Assembly (NCBI GenBank): GCA_002423485.1
Contig: DIWH01000070.1
Location: 25,429 to 89,428, forward strand
Direction: 5' to 3'
Source of the DNA: Candidatus Xenobium occultum
Lineage (GTDB): Bacteria > Vulcanimicrobiota > Xenobia > Xenobiales > Xenobiaceae
Length of the DNA stretch: 64,000 nt
Part shown: positions 1-9,939 of the stretch, piece by piece
Layout of the letters: each line of letters begins with the position of its first letter
How positions within the stretch are numbered: position 1 is the stretch's first letter
The notes under the pieces: model-generated
Seen by the model: the letters and a program-made list of their open reading frames with translations, nothing else
Told to the model about the DNA's origin: nothing
Databases searched by the model: none
Translations under genes and position numbers: made by a program

Positions 1-127
1 TCTTGAAGCGCACGGAGTTCTGTCGAAAATCGGTTCCCCCCGAGAGGGTGGGCACCAGGAGGGTCACCGCCGGCCCCTCGCGAGGCTGCAGGACTTCTTT
101 GAGATCATCGAGTCCGAAGTGTCTCAT
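1..127 (-). CDS. 5' end of a gene running off the left edge of the window (N-terminus MRHFGLDDLKEVLQPREGPAVTLLVPTLSGG...)
   Basis: ATG at 127-125 on the minus strand, preceded by a GGAGAGGTG Shine-Dalgarno about 5 nt upstream. The frame stays open to position 1. It is absent from the ORF track because it is truncated. Confidence 0.3.
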   Translation of the reverse strand, partial: MRHFGLDDLKEVLQPREGPAVTLLVPTLSGGTDFRQNSVRFK

Positions 128-255
128 GATTCACCTCTCCATTCTGGACCAACCGCAAGGTGGACCTGGGCAGGTCCACCGACCAAGGGGCCCGCACCTG
201 TGGCCCCCCGGGACGAGGCTCTGGCCCCGTCCACACAAACCGGGGCCAAAGCCTC

Positions 256-1911
256 CTATTCTCCTGAACCCGGAGCGAAACTGGAAGGGTAGCGACAGCC
301 GTAGACGGGGCCGCCGTTGGAGACTCCCCAGCACACCACGAAGTTGCCGGCCGAGTCCATGCCCACCGAGGGCCAGTCATTCTCGACCGAATTGTCGATG
401 CTGGCCTGGAAGCGGGGCTGAAGCGAACCATCCGAATTGACGGGCCGACCGACGATCCGACAAAGCGAATCGCCTTCCCAGTAGCGCCAGACGACCACGC
501 AGTTCCCCTCGCCGTCCATGGCCACATCCGGGCCCAGGTGGGAGCCTCCAGGCCACTCACTGCGCAGGTCGATCGGTCCCGAATCCAGGGGAACCAAAGT
601 CAGTGTGGAGGCGCCCGGCGTATATTGGAAACGCTGGACAAAAATGGTCATGCCACTCTCCGTGTATTCGAACCAAGCCACGGCGATGCGCCCGTTGCGA
701 ATGGCCACCGAAGGGCGCTCCATACCAGACACATTGGAGGCCACAACCAACGGCGGAGAGGAGTTTGTCCTGTTGTTGTTACTGACCTGGCAGATTAATT
801 GCCCGTCCGAATCCTGGAAGACCTCGGCACAATCTCCATTGGCATCGACGTCCAGGACAGGTGTTCTGGCAAAGGGGATTCCCCCACGAGAAATGGCCGC
901 AGTGGGATCGTCACTGGGGACGAGGTAGGACTGGATGGTGTTGGATCCAGTGGAGGCCTGTTGATAGTTCACCACGGGCAATGGGGTCGGACCGCCCAGG
1001 TTCTCGGGCATCCCGAATCCCGTCGAGGACAAGGTCTCGGTGCTGGTGGAACCAAAGATGGCCTCGGGCCCAGCCCAACTCCCATCCCCCAGGTTCCGAT
1101 AGGCAGCCCGCATCTCGGGCATGCTGCTCAAGAAATGCACCCAGGCCACTCCAAAGAGGCCCGAGGAGTTGATGGCCGGAGCCGGATCCGCATAAGAGGT
1201 GGCGGTGCTGGAAACCCTCTGCTCGGCCCACAATGGACTGGGAGAAGCGTCCGGGCTGAACCCCTGAGCGAAGACTCCATCCGTGTGGCGCCAGGAGACC
1301 ACGAAGTGCCCGTCGCCTCGCATGGCCACGTGTGGCTGGAGACCGGGCAGCGCCGAAGAGCCCACCGGGAAGACAGCGCCGGGCGAGGGCGAAGGCGAGA
1401 CGGTCGGCGAGGGCGAGGGCGACACCGTCGGCGAGACGCTGGGGCGCGGGGTGAGCCAGGTGGAGGCCGAGGCCACCACTCCGGGAAGGATCTCGATGTC
1501 CTCGACCAGGAAGGAGGCCGTGTACTGAGGATTGGCCCCCTCGTAGAGGTAGCCGCGAACCTGATAGCGCGCCGGGGCGGGGATCTGGTCGAGGACCACC
1601 TGCCCCCGCCCGTCGACCAGATCGAAGCTGCGGGCCATCAGAGGCGTCGGCGGAGTCTGCAGCGGCAAGGGAAAGAGCTCGACCAGCAGGCGCTGGGCGC
1701 TGGAGGAAGTGGCCAGCAGGATGGTCTCCCCCTGGACCTGGACCCGGGTCGGCCCCTCCTCGCGGGTGACCCGGACCGTCAGGTTCCCGAAGAGGTCCTG
1801 GGAGGAGACTCCCGAGCCGGCGGATCCCCCTCCGCACCCGGCGATCCCCAGCGAAGCCAGGGCTGTCAGCAGAATGAACGCAGTGCACCAGAGCGAGAAA
1901 CGCCGGACCAT
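256..1911 (-). CDS. secreted lipoprotein with a Pro/Thr/Ser linker and repeated G-x-F-V-V-x-W beta-strand motifs
   Basis: N-terminal signal peptide with a lipobox (LASLGIAGCGGGS). It has an SPTVSPSPSPTVSPSPSP linker encoded by an imperfect 30-bp tandem duplication at 1381-1440. There are four or more DGxFVVxW-like repeats. The 551-aa ORF has no convincing competing frame. Confidence 0.65.
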   Translation of the reverse strand: MVRRFSLWCTAFILLTALASLGIAGCGGGSAGSGVSSQDLFGNLTVRVTREEGPTRVQVQGETILLATSSSAQRLLVELFPLPLQTPPTPLMARSFDLVDGRGQVVLDQIPAPARYQVRGYLYEGANPQYTASFLVEDIEILPGVVASASTWLTPRPSVSPTVSPSPSPTVSPSPSPGAVFPVGSSALPGLQPHVAMRGDGHFVVSWRHTDGVFAQGFSPDASPSPLWAEQRVSSTATSYADPAPAINSSGLFGVAWVHFLSSMPEMRAAYRNLGDGSWAGPEAIFGSTSTETLSSTGFGMPENLGGPTPLPVVNYQQASTGSNTIQSYLVPSDDPTAAISRGGIPFARTPVLDVDANGDCAEVFQDSDGQLICQVSNNNRTNSSPPLVVASNVSGMERPSVAIRNGRIAVAWFEYTESGMTIFVQRFQYTPGASTLTLVPLDSGPIDLRSEWPGGSHLGPDVAMDGEGNCVVVWRYWEGDSLCRIVGRPVNSDGSLQPRFQASIDNSVENDWPSVGMDSAGNFVVCWGVSNGGPVYGCRYPSSFAPGSGE

Positions 1912-2075
1912 GAGCCGTCCTCCCCGAAAGAACGAATAGGGGTGAAGGTTCGCCGGGAAGGCTTTCCCCCCCTCCGAAGAAAGGGAAATTCAGTCGGTCC
2001 TCCGCGCCCTGACACTTCCTGACAGGGGCGCAGGTCATCATGGGCCCAGGGCGGGGAGTTCCAGGGAGGTTCAGC

Positions 2076-3338
2076 ATGGAAACCAGATGGGTCCGCGCCA
2101 TCCTGTGGGGACTGGTCGGCCTGCTCCTGACGACCGGAGCCGGTCCCGCCACGGCCCAAGACCTGTATATCCGGAATCGCCCGGTGCGGGACGCGGTGAT
2201 CCGCGGTCAGGAGCACTTTGTGCCCCTGGAGGACATCGAGAGGTACCTCAACGCCTCCGAAATCGAGCGCCTGGAGCTCGACCTGGAAAGCGGGGCGATC
2301 CGCGTGGACGGAGAACCCCTGGCCGAGACCATCCTGGCCGGGGAACCAGCCCGCCTCCCCCTGGTGGCGGTGGCCCGGGCCCTGGGATTCACGCGGAAGT
2401 CCAACCCCGATCTGGGGACCGTCGACCTTCTCTCCCCACAGGCATTGAAGGGCAAGCAGCGGATCCCCCAGACCCGCGAAGGGGGGCGGGACTACCAGAT
2501 CGCCAAGGCGCATATGGCCAGGCTCCTCGCCGAGGGGGGACGGGATGGAGACTCCGAGCAGGCTGCACGGGTCACCCGCATCGGCAACGATCTGGTGGCG
2601 GTCTCGCGGATGCCCAGCCTGTTCTGGCACTTCCACGTGCTGGCGGACTCCAGTCCGAACGCAGCCACCACGGGACCGGGATTCGTCCTGGTCACCCGAG
2701 GCCTGCTGGATCTGGACCTCGACGACGACGAGCTGGCGGGCATCCTGGCCCATGAGATCGCCCACGGGACCCTGCGCGACCATGAGAAGCGACTCCACCG
2801 TCAAGAGAACATGCAGATCCTGGAAGGCGAGGCCGGTGATTTGAAGGAGGCAGAATCCAGACTCCTGAACCGGATTCGCGCCCTTCAAACCAGCGAGCAG
2901 GCCCTGATTGCACGATGCCGGCTGGCACGACAGTATGGCGACTCGGGTGCGTACTTCTCATTCTCCAGCCAACTGAGCGCCTGCCAGGACGAATTGCGCC
3001 GATGGCTGTCGCGACTCAAGACGGTCCAGGCCCGCCGGGTCCAGAATGCCCAGGACTGGCGCCACAACGAGAATCAGATCAACAGCCCCTTCTGGAAGAA
3101 TGCCAGGGAGCTGGACGCCGACGTCCAGGGGATGCGCCTGGCCGTCGAGGCGGGCTTCTCGGCGGAGGGGCTGCGGCGGGGACTGCTGAAAGTCAGCCAG
3201 GCTGGCTATCAGAAATTCGGAGAACTCTCGCTGCGGTCGGATCTGGAAGGGAGCGAGAGTCATCCACCCCTTCCGACCCGGCTTCAGCTCCTGGAGAAGG
3301 TGCTGCAGGACTGGAAGAACTCGGGGTGGAGCCGCTGA
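2076..3338 (+). CDS. M48-family zinc metallopeptidase (HtpX/BepA-like), secreted
   Basis: HEIAHG zincin motif (ILAHEIAHGTLRDHE). The signal peptide METRWVRAILWGLVGLLLTTGAGPATAQ begins at the second in-frame ATG (2076), which has a GGGAGG SD 6 nt upstream. The track start at 2040 lacks an SD. Confidence 0.75.
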   Translation: METRWVRAILWGLVGLLLTTGAGPATAQDLYIRNRPVRDAVIRGQEHFVPLEDIERYLNASEIERLELDLESGAIRVDGEPLAETILAGEPARLPLVAVARALGFTRKSNPDLGTVDLLSPQALKGKQRIPQTREGGRDYQIAKAHMARLLAEGGRDGDSEQAARVTRIGNDLVAVSRMPSLFWHFHVLADSSPNAATTGPGFVLVTRGLLDLDLDDDELAGILAHEIAHGTLRDHEKRLHRQENMQILEGEAGDLKEAESRLLNRIRALQTSEQALIARCRLARQYGDSGAYFSFSSQLSACQDELRRWLSRLKTVQARRVQNAQDWRHNENQINSPFWKNARELDADVQGMRLAVEAGFSAEGLRRGLLKVSQAGYQKFGELSLRSDLEGSESHPPLPTRLQLLEKVLQDWKNSGWSR

Positions 3339-4207
3339 GCCCGGCCCCCCAGAATCTGGTCGGCAACCGCCCGAAAGCCGTCCAGGAGCGGAGGAAGGTC
3401 CTCGGCCAGGGCCCAGCCGACCAGGTGCAGGGGACCTTCAGGCCTTCCCGGGATCTGCTGTTCGTGAAGCAGCAAAGCCTGATCCTGGATCAGCACGACC
3501 GCCAGCCTCTCCCGGATGACCACATCTCCTGACCCTCGGGTTGCCTCGGCCAGGATCCGGTAGCTCGGGGGGCGAGCCGGGGGGCCCGGGCTGGCCGCCA
3601 TCGGCAGGGTCAGGATCAGTCGAGGCAGGATTCGCCCCTGACCCGTTCGCGGTTCGAAACAGACCAGCTCGGGACCTCTGGCCGAGGGCGTCCCCCGCCA
3701 TCCTCGCGGGGGACGCAGGACCAGGCCGGTCCTGCGTTCGCGAACCGGGACCGGGTCAAGCGCCGGGAGGACAGGCGAAGGAGTTGGCGGATCACCCAGC
3801 ATGAAGACCCTGGAGGCAACCTGCATCCGCTCACGTCCCGAGAGAAGCAGGACCAGCCTGGTTCCAGGAACGAGTTCCCGCGCCGAGAGGAGTGAACCCT
3901 CCACGCTCAGGATGCGGCTGCGCTGGGGGTCCAGGAAGCATTCCAGGGGTTCACCCGCGAGGGTCTCCCCTCTCAGGGTTGGACCCGAGGCCGAATAGTC
4001 CAGGAAGATCGCGTTGACCAGGGTCTGGTCGGGGGCATCGCGGGTGCGAAAATCAGGTCTTCGCTCCTGCCCCCCCACGCCATAGCGCAGCATGGTCTCC
4101 AGGACGGCAGGCGGCACTGACGCACGCTGCGCGCAAGCTTCAGGGGCCAGCACCCGGCTCGCCCCCAGGAGCAGAATCCAGACAAGGAGGATGGACTGGA
4201 TCTTCAC
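3284..4207 (-). CDS. secreted hypothetical protein
   Basis: GTG start at 4207 with GGAGG 7-8 nt upstream. The signal peptide VKIQSILLVWILLLGASRVLAPEACAQ follows. The upstream part of the 434-aa track ORF overlaps the carbamoyltransferase gene and is treated as non-coding. There is no recognisable domain. Confidence 0.5.
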   Translation of the reverse strand: MKIQSILLVWILLLGASRVLAPEACAQRASVPPAVLETMLRYGVGGQERRPDFRTRDAPDQTLVNAIFLDYSASGPTLRGETLAGEPLECFLDPQRSRILSVEGSLLSARELVPGTRLVLLLSGRERMQVASRVFMLGDPPTPSPVLPALDPVPVRERRTGLVLRPPRGWRGTPSARGPELVCFEPRTGQGRILPRLILTLPMAASPGPPARPPSYRILAEATRGSGDVVIRERLAVVLIQDQALLLHEQQIPGRPEGPLHLVGWALAEDLPPLLDGFRAVADQILGGRAQRLHPEFFQSCSTFSRS

Positions 4208-4326
4208 TCTGGGCCTCCCCTCCGCCCTCGCCCGTCTCGAAACGGAGACGCCAGCCCCGGCGTAAACCGCTGGGGCTGGCGTCCGAAGCCCGCGGCCGGC
4301 CCGGAAGGACCAGCCGCGAAACCTCC

Positions 4327-5535
4327 TCAGGCCAGTCGACGCGGCATGTCGCGCGTGGCCAGGTGGCGCAGGGTTCCGGCCGGGTCGGCGAAGCGGGTCA
4401 AGAGGATCATGGCGGCGATCACGAAGGGCTTGTGGCCGGCCTCGCGGTACGTATCGAGGCGGTAGCGCTCGAAGACCGAGGCCGAGACCTCGCCTTCCTT
4501 GCAGCTTACGTCCGTGATGTCGGCAGGCAGGCAGTGGCAGTACAGCGCTTTGCCGTCCCGAGTGTGCTTCATCATCTCCTCGGTGCACTCCCAGTCCTTG
4601 TGACGCGCGTTCTCGGCCAGGGCAGCCAGTTCAAGCTCCTTGAGCTCGGCCGCGCGGCCACCGCGCAGCAGCTCCGTCCGCTTCTGCATCACGTGCATCG
4701 GAGCCCAGCTCTTGGGGTAGACGATGTCGGCGCCCTTGAAGGCCTCGGCCATGGAGTGCACGACCTCAAACTTCCCGCCCGACTCGGTGGCGAAGCGACG
4801 TGCGGCCTCGACCGGCTCGTCCACCAGGTCGTAGCCCTCAGGGTACGCCAGGCTGACGTCCATCCCGAAGCGGCTCATCAGGCCGATGATGCCCTGGGGA
4901 ACCGAGAGCGGCTTGCCATAGGAGGGCGAGTAGGCCCAGGTCATGGCGATCCTCTTGCCTCGAAGGTTCTCGACGCCACCGTAGTGGTCGATCAGGTGAC
5001 GGAGGTCGGCCAGGGCCTGGGTGGGGTGGTCCAGGTCGCACTGCAGGTTGACCACCGAGGGGCGCTGGGCCAGCACTCCGGCTTCAAAGCTCTCCTGCAC
5101 CGACTCGGCCACTTCGGCCTGGTAGCGGTTCCCCTCACCCAGGAACATGTCGTCCCGGATGCCGATCACTTCACTCAAGAAGGAAATCATGCTGGCGGTC
5201 TCGCGGACGGTCTCGCCGTGGGAGACCTGCGAGGTGGACTCGTCGAGTTCCTCGGTCATGAGGCCCAGCATGTTGCAGGCGGAACGGAACGAGTAGCGGG
5301 TCCGGGTGGACTTGTCGCGGAAGATCGAGATTCCCAGCCCGGTGTCGAAGAGGCGAACGGACTTGCCTGCACGGTTCAGGCGCTGCAGGGCCTCAGCCAC
5401 CAGCAGGACGGCGCGGATGTGCTCGGCGGGGTTGCGCCAGGTGATCAGGAAACTGCCATTGTGCAGATTGGTCGGGGTCTGTTCGAGGGCAGCGATCAAC
5501 TGCTGCACTTTGTCCTGGGTCATGGTTTCAGCCAT
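4327..5535 (-). CDS. YgeW-like (knotted) carbamoyltransferase of the aspartate/ornithine carbamoyltransferase superfamily
   Basis: Has the STRTR carbamoyl-phosphate-binding motif (KSTRTRYSF) and the HCLP motif (YCHCLPA). Its ~400-aa length is typical of the YgeW subfamily rather than ArgF/PyrB. The start was moved to the internal ATG (MAETMTQ). Confidence 0.8.
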   Translation of the reverse strand: MAETMTQDKVQQLIAALEQTPTNLHNGSFLITWRNPAEHIRAVLLVAEALQRLNRAGKSVRLFDTGLGISIFRDKSTRTRYSFRSACNMLGLMTEELDESTSQVSHGETVRETASMISFLSEVIGIRDDMFLGEGNRYQAEVAESVQESFEAGVLAQRPSVVNLQCDLDHPTQALADLRHLIDHYGGVENLRGKRIAMTWAYSPSYGKPLSVPQGIIGLMSRFGMDVSLAYPEGYDLVDEPVEAARRFATESGGKFEVVHSMAEAFKGADIVYPKSWAPMHVMQKRTELLRGGRAAELKELELAALAENARHKDWECTEEMMKHTRDGKALYCHCLPADITDVSCKEGEVSASVFERYRLDTYREAGHKPFVIAAMILLTRFADPAGTLRHLATRDMPRRLA

Positions 5536-5658
5536 GGCGATAAGCACTCTCCTGGAAGCCCGGCTGGCGTATGCCAACTGGAATGATGTAGACCGCCCCC
5601 GTTCTCCGCCTGCTCTCAGGACCCCTCCAATGCTGCGGGGGACCTGGCGGAAGTCGGC

Positions 5659-6885
5659 TCAGTAGACGAACTGCCGGACGTCGTAGTGGCTGACCACCGG
5701 ACCCTGGGGATGAGCGCGGAATCGCAGTCGGGAGCGCAAGTCCCGGCTCTGCTCGCGGCAAGCACGGCGATCCAGCAGGTCGGCCATCCCCTCCAGAACG
5801 TAGGGCGAGCGCGGATCGGGTTCGAACTCCGAGAGGCTGATCCGATCGCCCGCGTCCAGGGGAAGCCGGTTGAGCAGCTCTGCCGTCTTCTCGACGTGCT
5901 CCTCGGCCAGGGCCGGCCCGCCCACCCCGGTCATGACGATCACCCCGACCCGGATCCCGGCTGCTTTGAGGAGGCCTACCAACTCCTCCGCCTGGGCGGC
6001 GCTGCCAGGCTTGCGCAGCACTCGCAGGACCCGGTCGCTCCCCGTCTCGATCCCCAGGTGCAGGGAATCCAGTCCCAATCCGGCCAGCTCGCGCCAGACC
6101 TCCAGGGTGCGCCGGAGTGTGCTGAAGGTGTCCAGGAAGGACGAGAATCCCGACAGGTGCCCCGGCTGGAAGACGGGGTCTGCCGGGCGCGGCGCCTCCA
6201 GGCGACGGTGCAGCCAACCCAGGGCCGCCAGCAAGTGAGCGTCCGGGAGGCTGGCTGCGTTGGCATCCGCCAGGAAGACGCCGCGGCGCCAGGAAAGCCC
6301 TGCCCCCATGAAGGCCAGGGCCTCCTCGACGTGCCGGGTGAACTCCTCACGGGAGAGCACGCGGTAGGGGCGCTCCTTGTAGAAGGTGCAGAATGAGCAG
6401 CGATTGTAGCTGCAGCCCTCCGTCAACTGCAGGACCAGGGATCGGTACTGATCCGGGGGCAGGATCATGATCGGGCGCCAGATGCTTTTGAATCGCGCGG
6501 CGTCCTGATTCGGATCCAGTTCCACGGCCCGGCGCAAGGGCTCCGGGTGTCCCAGGAGCCGCCAACCTTCCTCCAGGAGCACGCGCACGTGCCCCAACTG
6601 GGAGGCCTGCTCCTCCGGAGCGAGCCGACGGACCCCCTGCTCCCACCCCTCCCGACCCGGCGCCCGCACCAGCTCCAGGACCGAACCGTCCAGCCCCCGG
6701 CGATGAACGACCCCGTGCCGGACCCAGGAGACCGGACGCCCTGCCAGGTCGAAGGCGCACATCTCGTCTCGGCCCCGATGCAACAGAATCCTCTCCTGGT
6801 TCCAGACCAGGCGGAACAGAGGCGTCCCAGGGGCAGGTGGAGCCAGGAGGGATCCGGTCTCAGGGACATTGGGCAGAGAGGACAT
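5659..6885 (-). CDS. radical SAM domain protein with an N-terminal ~190-aa domain of unknown function
   Basis: Cys triad CSYNRCSFC (Cx4Cx2C spacing) is followed by a Gly-rich SAM motif region (GIETGSDRVL). Only the C-terminal 408 codons of the 770-aa track ORF are taken. The N-terminal 362 codons are a GC-rich shadow overlapping purB. Confidence 0.7.
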   Translation of the reverse strand: MSSLPNVPETGSLLAPPAPGTPLFRLVWNQERILLHRGRDEMCAFDLAGRPVSWVRHGVVHRRGLDGSVLELVRAPGREGWEQGVRRLAPEEQASQLGHVRVLLEEGWRLLGHPEPLRRAVELDPNQDAARFKSIWRPIMILPPDQYRSLVLQLTEGCSYNRCSFCTFYKERPYRVLSREEFTRHVEEALAFMGAGLSWRRGVFLADANAASLPDAHLLAALGWLHRRLEAPRPADPVFQPGHLSGFSSFLDTFSTLRRTLEVWRELAGLGLDSLHLGIETGSDRVLRVLRKPGSAAQAEELVGLLKAAGIRVGVIVMTGVGGPALAEEHVEKTAELLNRLPLDAGDRISLSEFEPDPRSPYVLEGMADLLDRRACREQSRDLRSRLRFRAHPQGPVVSHYDVRQFVY

Positions 6886-6989
6886 GCCGTGAGGATAGCA
6901 CAGACGGTTCCAGGTCTCTTCCCGGTCCTGGGTGCGCACCGCGGCGGTGAAGACCTGCCGCCCCACCACCGTGGCCCGAAGCCCCGAGT

Positions 6990-8384
6990 TCAATGCTCTC
7001 CGAAGAGGACTCCATCCCAATGATCTGCCAGGGAAAGCGCGCGCCTTCGGGCGGGTCCGGTCAGGCTTCTGGGATCCTTCAGGGCGGCCCGCTGCCGGGC
7101 CGGGAGGGCTGCCAGGGCCGGCCCGAGTCGGGGGTCCTCGGCGACGACCTCCAGCAGGTCCCGGCCGGTGCGCCGAGCCTGGATGGCTGCCCGCCTCACA
7201 CCCTCGTGGGCCTCCGGCACCCCCGCGGCCGAGAGCAGGACCTGGAGAGGGCCGGAAAGCCATGCCGTCTCCTGCACAACCCTGGCCTCCATGGTGTCGC
7301 GCAGCACCTCCAGGTCGCGCAGGGCCCGAGCTGTCCGCGAGCCGGCGACGGCCAGGCCCAGCACCAGGCGAGGCTGGAATCGCGCCGAGGCCGAGTTGGA
7401 GAGGTCCCTCTGGTGCTCCGACACCTGATCCAGATACCAGGTCATCACCTGGGGGGCGAAAGTCTTCCAGAGGCTCTTGACGTTCTCCCAGGTGATGGGG
7501 TTGCGCTTGTGAGGCATCGCCGAAGAGCCGACCTGTCCCTCCTCGTCGTAGAATTCGGCCACCTCGTCGATCTCGGTGCGCTGCAGGTGGCGCATGTCGT
7601 CGGCCAGGTTGGCCAGCACGCCGAAGGCCGCGGTCAGGTGGTGCAGGACCGCCAGGGCCGGCTCGGGAGGGGCGATCTGGGTGGAGGCCCGGGCGGGCTC
7701 CAGGCCCACCTCCGCCAGGACCTCCCGCTCGAAGTCCTCGGGGTCGTCGAAGAGCAGGCCCTGGGCGACGAAGGCGCCCACCGCCCCCGAGAACTTCCCG
7801 CGCAGGCCAGCCAGGGCCCTCTGGATCTGGAGGACCTCCCCTCCCAGTCGGTCCAGGTGCACCGCGCAGACCAGTCCGAAGGTCAGCGGTTCGGCGTGCT
7901 GACCGTGGGTGCGCCCGATCTGCAAGGTTCCCGCCTCCCGGCGCGCCAGGCGCGCCAGTTCCCGACAGCACCGGCGCAGGGCCGGGAGGACCAGGCCCTC
8001 GACTCCGGCGCGCAACCGCGTCAGGTGCGCGTTGGACAGGATGTCATAGGAGGTGGCGCCCAGGTGGACAAAGGGCCGGATGGCCTCGGGGCACTCAGAC
8101 GTGAAGACGTTGACCAGGGCCTTGAGGTCGTGGTGGACCCGCGACTCTTCCTGACAGAAGTCCTCCAGACGGACCCGGCCGGCCGCCTCGACCGCCTCCG
8201 GGATCAGGGTCTCCGGCAGGAATCCCCGGCGGGCCAGGACCTTCAGGAGGGCCAGCTCGACCTTCAGGCAGTGGTCCAGGTACAGGGCGGCCTCGGAGAC
8301 CAGGCGGGAAGCCGGTTCCAGCAATCCTTCGGACTCGAGGTAACGCCCGATGAGGGGATCGGGGAACCACAGCGGATGGGTCAC
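6990..8384 (-). CDS. purB: adenylosuccinate lyase
   Basis: Fumarate-lyase signature GSSAMPHKRNP, plus N-terminal DPLIGRY (compare SPVDGRY in PurB). A GTG start at 8384 gives 464 aa. Confidence 0.9.
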   Translation of the reverse strand: MTHPLWFPDPLIGRYLESEGLLEPASRLVSEAALYLDHCLKVELALLKVLARRGFLPETLIPEAVEAAGRVRLEDFCQEESRVHHDLKALVNVFTSECPEAIRPFVHLGATSYDILSNAHLTRLRAGVEGLVLPALRRCCRELARLARREAGTLQIGRTHGQHAEPLTFGLVCAVHLDRLGGEVLQIQRALAGLRGKFSGAVGAFVAQGLLFDDPEDFEREVLAEVGLEPARASTQIAPPEPALAVLHHLTAAFGVLANLADDMRHLQRTEIDEVAEFYDEEGQVGSSAMPHKRNPITWENVKSLWKTFAPQVMTWYLDQVSEHQRDLSNSASARFQPRLVLGLAVAGSRTARALRDLEVLRDTMEARVVQETAWLSGPLQVLLSAAGVPEAHEGVRRAAIQARRTGRDLLEVVAEDPRLGPALAALPARQRAALKDPRSLTGPARRRALSLADHWDGVLFGEH

Positions 8385-8640
8385 GGCAGCCTCCAACTCG
8401 GCGTTTGGACTCCCCCGCTTCGCAAACCCTGCGGTGGCCTCCTGTGAAGCCCTCTCACACCGTCGCGCGGCTCCCGCCCGGAAGGGGGGCGACAGGAGAC
8501 GAACACTCCGCACACAAGACCGTAACATTTCGTTTACAGGCTATTCACAATGGCCGAATCCTGTAACATCCCAGCAACAATCCGCCTGAAAGATTGGAGC
8601 ATCCTCAGGCCAGGGGGAACCACTCGTCCAGGAGGCTCCG

Positions 8641-9807
8641 ATGTCCGAACCGATTCGCGCCATCAGCAACCAGCAGACCAACCGGACCGTCCACGCCGCC
8701 CAGTCGACCCCGACCGCCAGCGCTGTGACGGCCAGCCAGTCCACGGAGAAACCAGCCAAGGGACCGGCTGACGGAGCGGTTCTCTCGGACGAGGCCACCG
8801 CCGGGGCCGCCGAGGAGGGAGAAGACAGTCCACTCCTGGCGGCCCTGAAGGACCCTGAGGGGACTGAAGACTCCGAGAAGGCCGAGGATGGAACCACTCC
8901 CAAGGCCGACGAGACCGGGGAGAAGGAGAAGGCAGAGGATCCTTCCAAGACCGACGCCGAGAAGAAACAGGAAGAGATCAAGAAGCTCCAGGAAGAGATC
9001 CGCCAGACCGAGACCGAGCTGCAGGCGGCCCTGGACAAGGGCGACGAGGCGGCCGCCAACGCCGCGGCGGGCAGGCTGTCCACCCTGGTCTCGGATCTCC
9101 AGCGCCTGATGGGCGACAAGAGCACCTCGGCCCCGGATGTGGGTGTCCAGCCCGCCGCGGCCGACGCGGGCGGAGCAGCGGCTCCGGTGGATGCGGGCGG
9201 CGCCATGGCGGCTCCGGCCGGTGGCGGAGCTCCGATGGGAGGCGGTGCGCCCGCCGGCGGTGGAGCGCCCATGGGAGGCGCGGCCCCGGTGGGGGGCGAC
9301 GCCCCAGCCGCAGCCGCAGGGGAAGCGGCCCCGGCCTCCGAGACCCAGGTGGTCCCCCCCGAGCTCTCCGAGGATGACCAGAAGCTGGCCCAGTTCATCG
9401 AGACCCAGTTGGAGGGCAGCCCCGCCGCCGGTCAGGGCCTGGGCTCCCACTTCGTGGCCGCCGGACGGCAGAATGAGGTCGACCCCCTGGCCCTGCTGGC
9501 CATCGCCAAGCACGAGACGGGCTACGGCGAACTGGGCGTGGGCCTGACCAAGATGCTGGGGGTCGGGGCCTATGACTCCAACCCCGACGGCAAGACCCCC
9601 TTTGACGGCGCGGTCAACCAGATCTACTCGGGCGCCAAGACCTTCGCCAACCTCCGGTCCAAGGGCGGCTCCACCGCCCAGGACTCGCTGGGCAACCAGC
9701 TCTCGGCCGTGAACAAGGCCGGGTGGGCCACCGACCAGAGCTGGCACACCAAGGTCGCCTCCCACTACAACACCATCGCCGGCAACGCCAACCGGGCCGT
9801 CGCCTAG
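8641..9807 (+). CDS. glucosaminidase-domain (FlgJ C-terminal-like) peptidoglycan hydrolase with a long acidic, low-complexity N-terminal region
   Basis: C-terminal ~150 aa carries LLAIAKHETGYGE and YSGAKTFANL, which resemble the mannosyl-glycoprotein endo-beta-N-acetylglucosaminidase fold. The N-terminal 230 aa are E/K/A-rich, with a coiled-coil stretch and GGAPMGG repeats. No signal peptide is present. Confidence 0.65.
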   Translation: MSEPIRAISNQQTNRTVHAAQSTPTASAVTASQSTEKPAKGPADGAVLSDEATAGAAEEGEDSPLLAALKDPEGTEDSEKAEDGTTPKADETGEKEKAEDPSKTDAEKKQEEIKKLQEEIRQTETELQAALDKGDEAAANAAAGRLSTLVSDLQRLMGDKSTSAPDVGVQPAAADAGGAAAPVDAGGAMAAPAGGGAPMGGGAPAGGGAPMGGAAPVGGDAPAAAAGEAAPASETQVVPPELSEDDQKLAQFIETQLEGSPAAGQGLGSHFVAAGRQNEVDPLALLAIAKHETGYGELGVGLTKMLGVGAYDSNPDGKTPFDGAVNQIYSGAKTFANLRSKGGSTAQDSLGNQLSAVNKAGWATDQSWHTKVASHYNTIAGNANRAVA

Positions 9808-9829
9808 AACACTGCCCCGCCGACGAACG

Positions 9830-9860
9830 AAGGCCGCCAGGTTCAGGCCCGGCGGCCTTC
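9830..9860 (+). terminator. GC-rich hairpin downstream of the 8641-9807 gene
   Basis: gaaggccgcc ... ggcggccttc forms a 10-bp perfect stem with an 11-nt loop 22 nt after the stop codon. No U-tract follows. Confidence 0.3.
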
Positions 9861-9939
9861 GCCCGTGTCTGGCCGGGCCCCAGTTTGACTCAAGAGGAGT
9901 CCAGGACCCGTCTTGGAATCGAGCCCTCCGGAGGAAGCG

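Noticed and set aside
5659-7971. Full 770-aa minus-strand ORF
   Set aside because: Only the C-terminal 408 codons are radical SAM. The N-terminal 362 codons are Gly/Pro/Arg-rich and overlap purB out of frame, so the start was moved to ATG 6885.
6993-8447. 484-aa plus-strand ORF
   Set aside because: Antisense to purB, which has the GSSAMPHKRNP signature.
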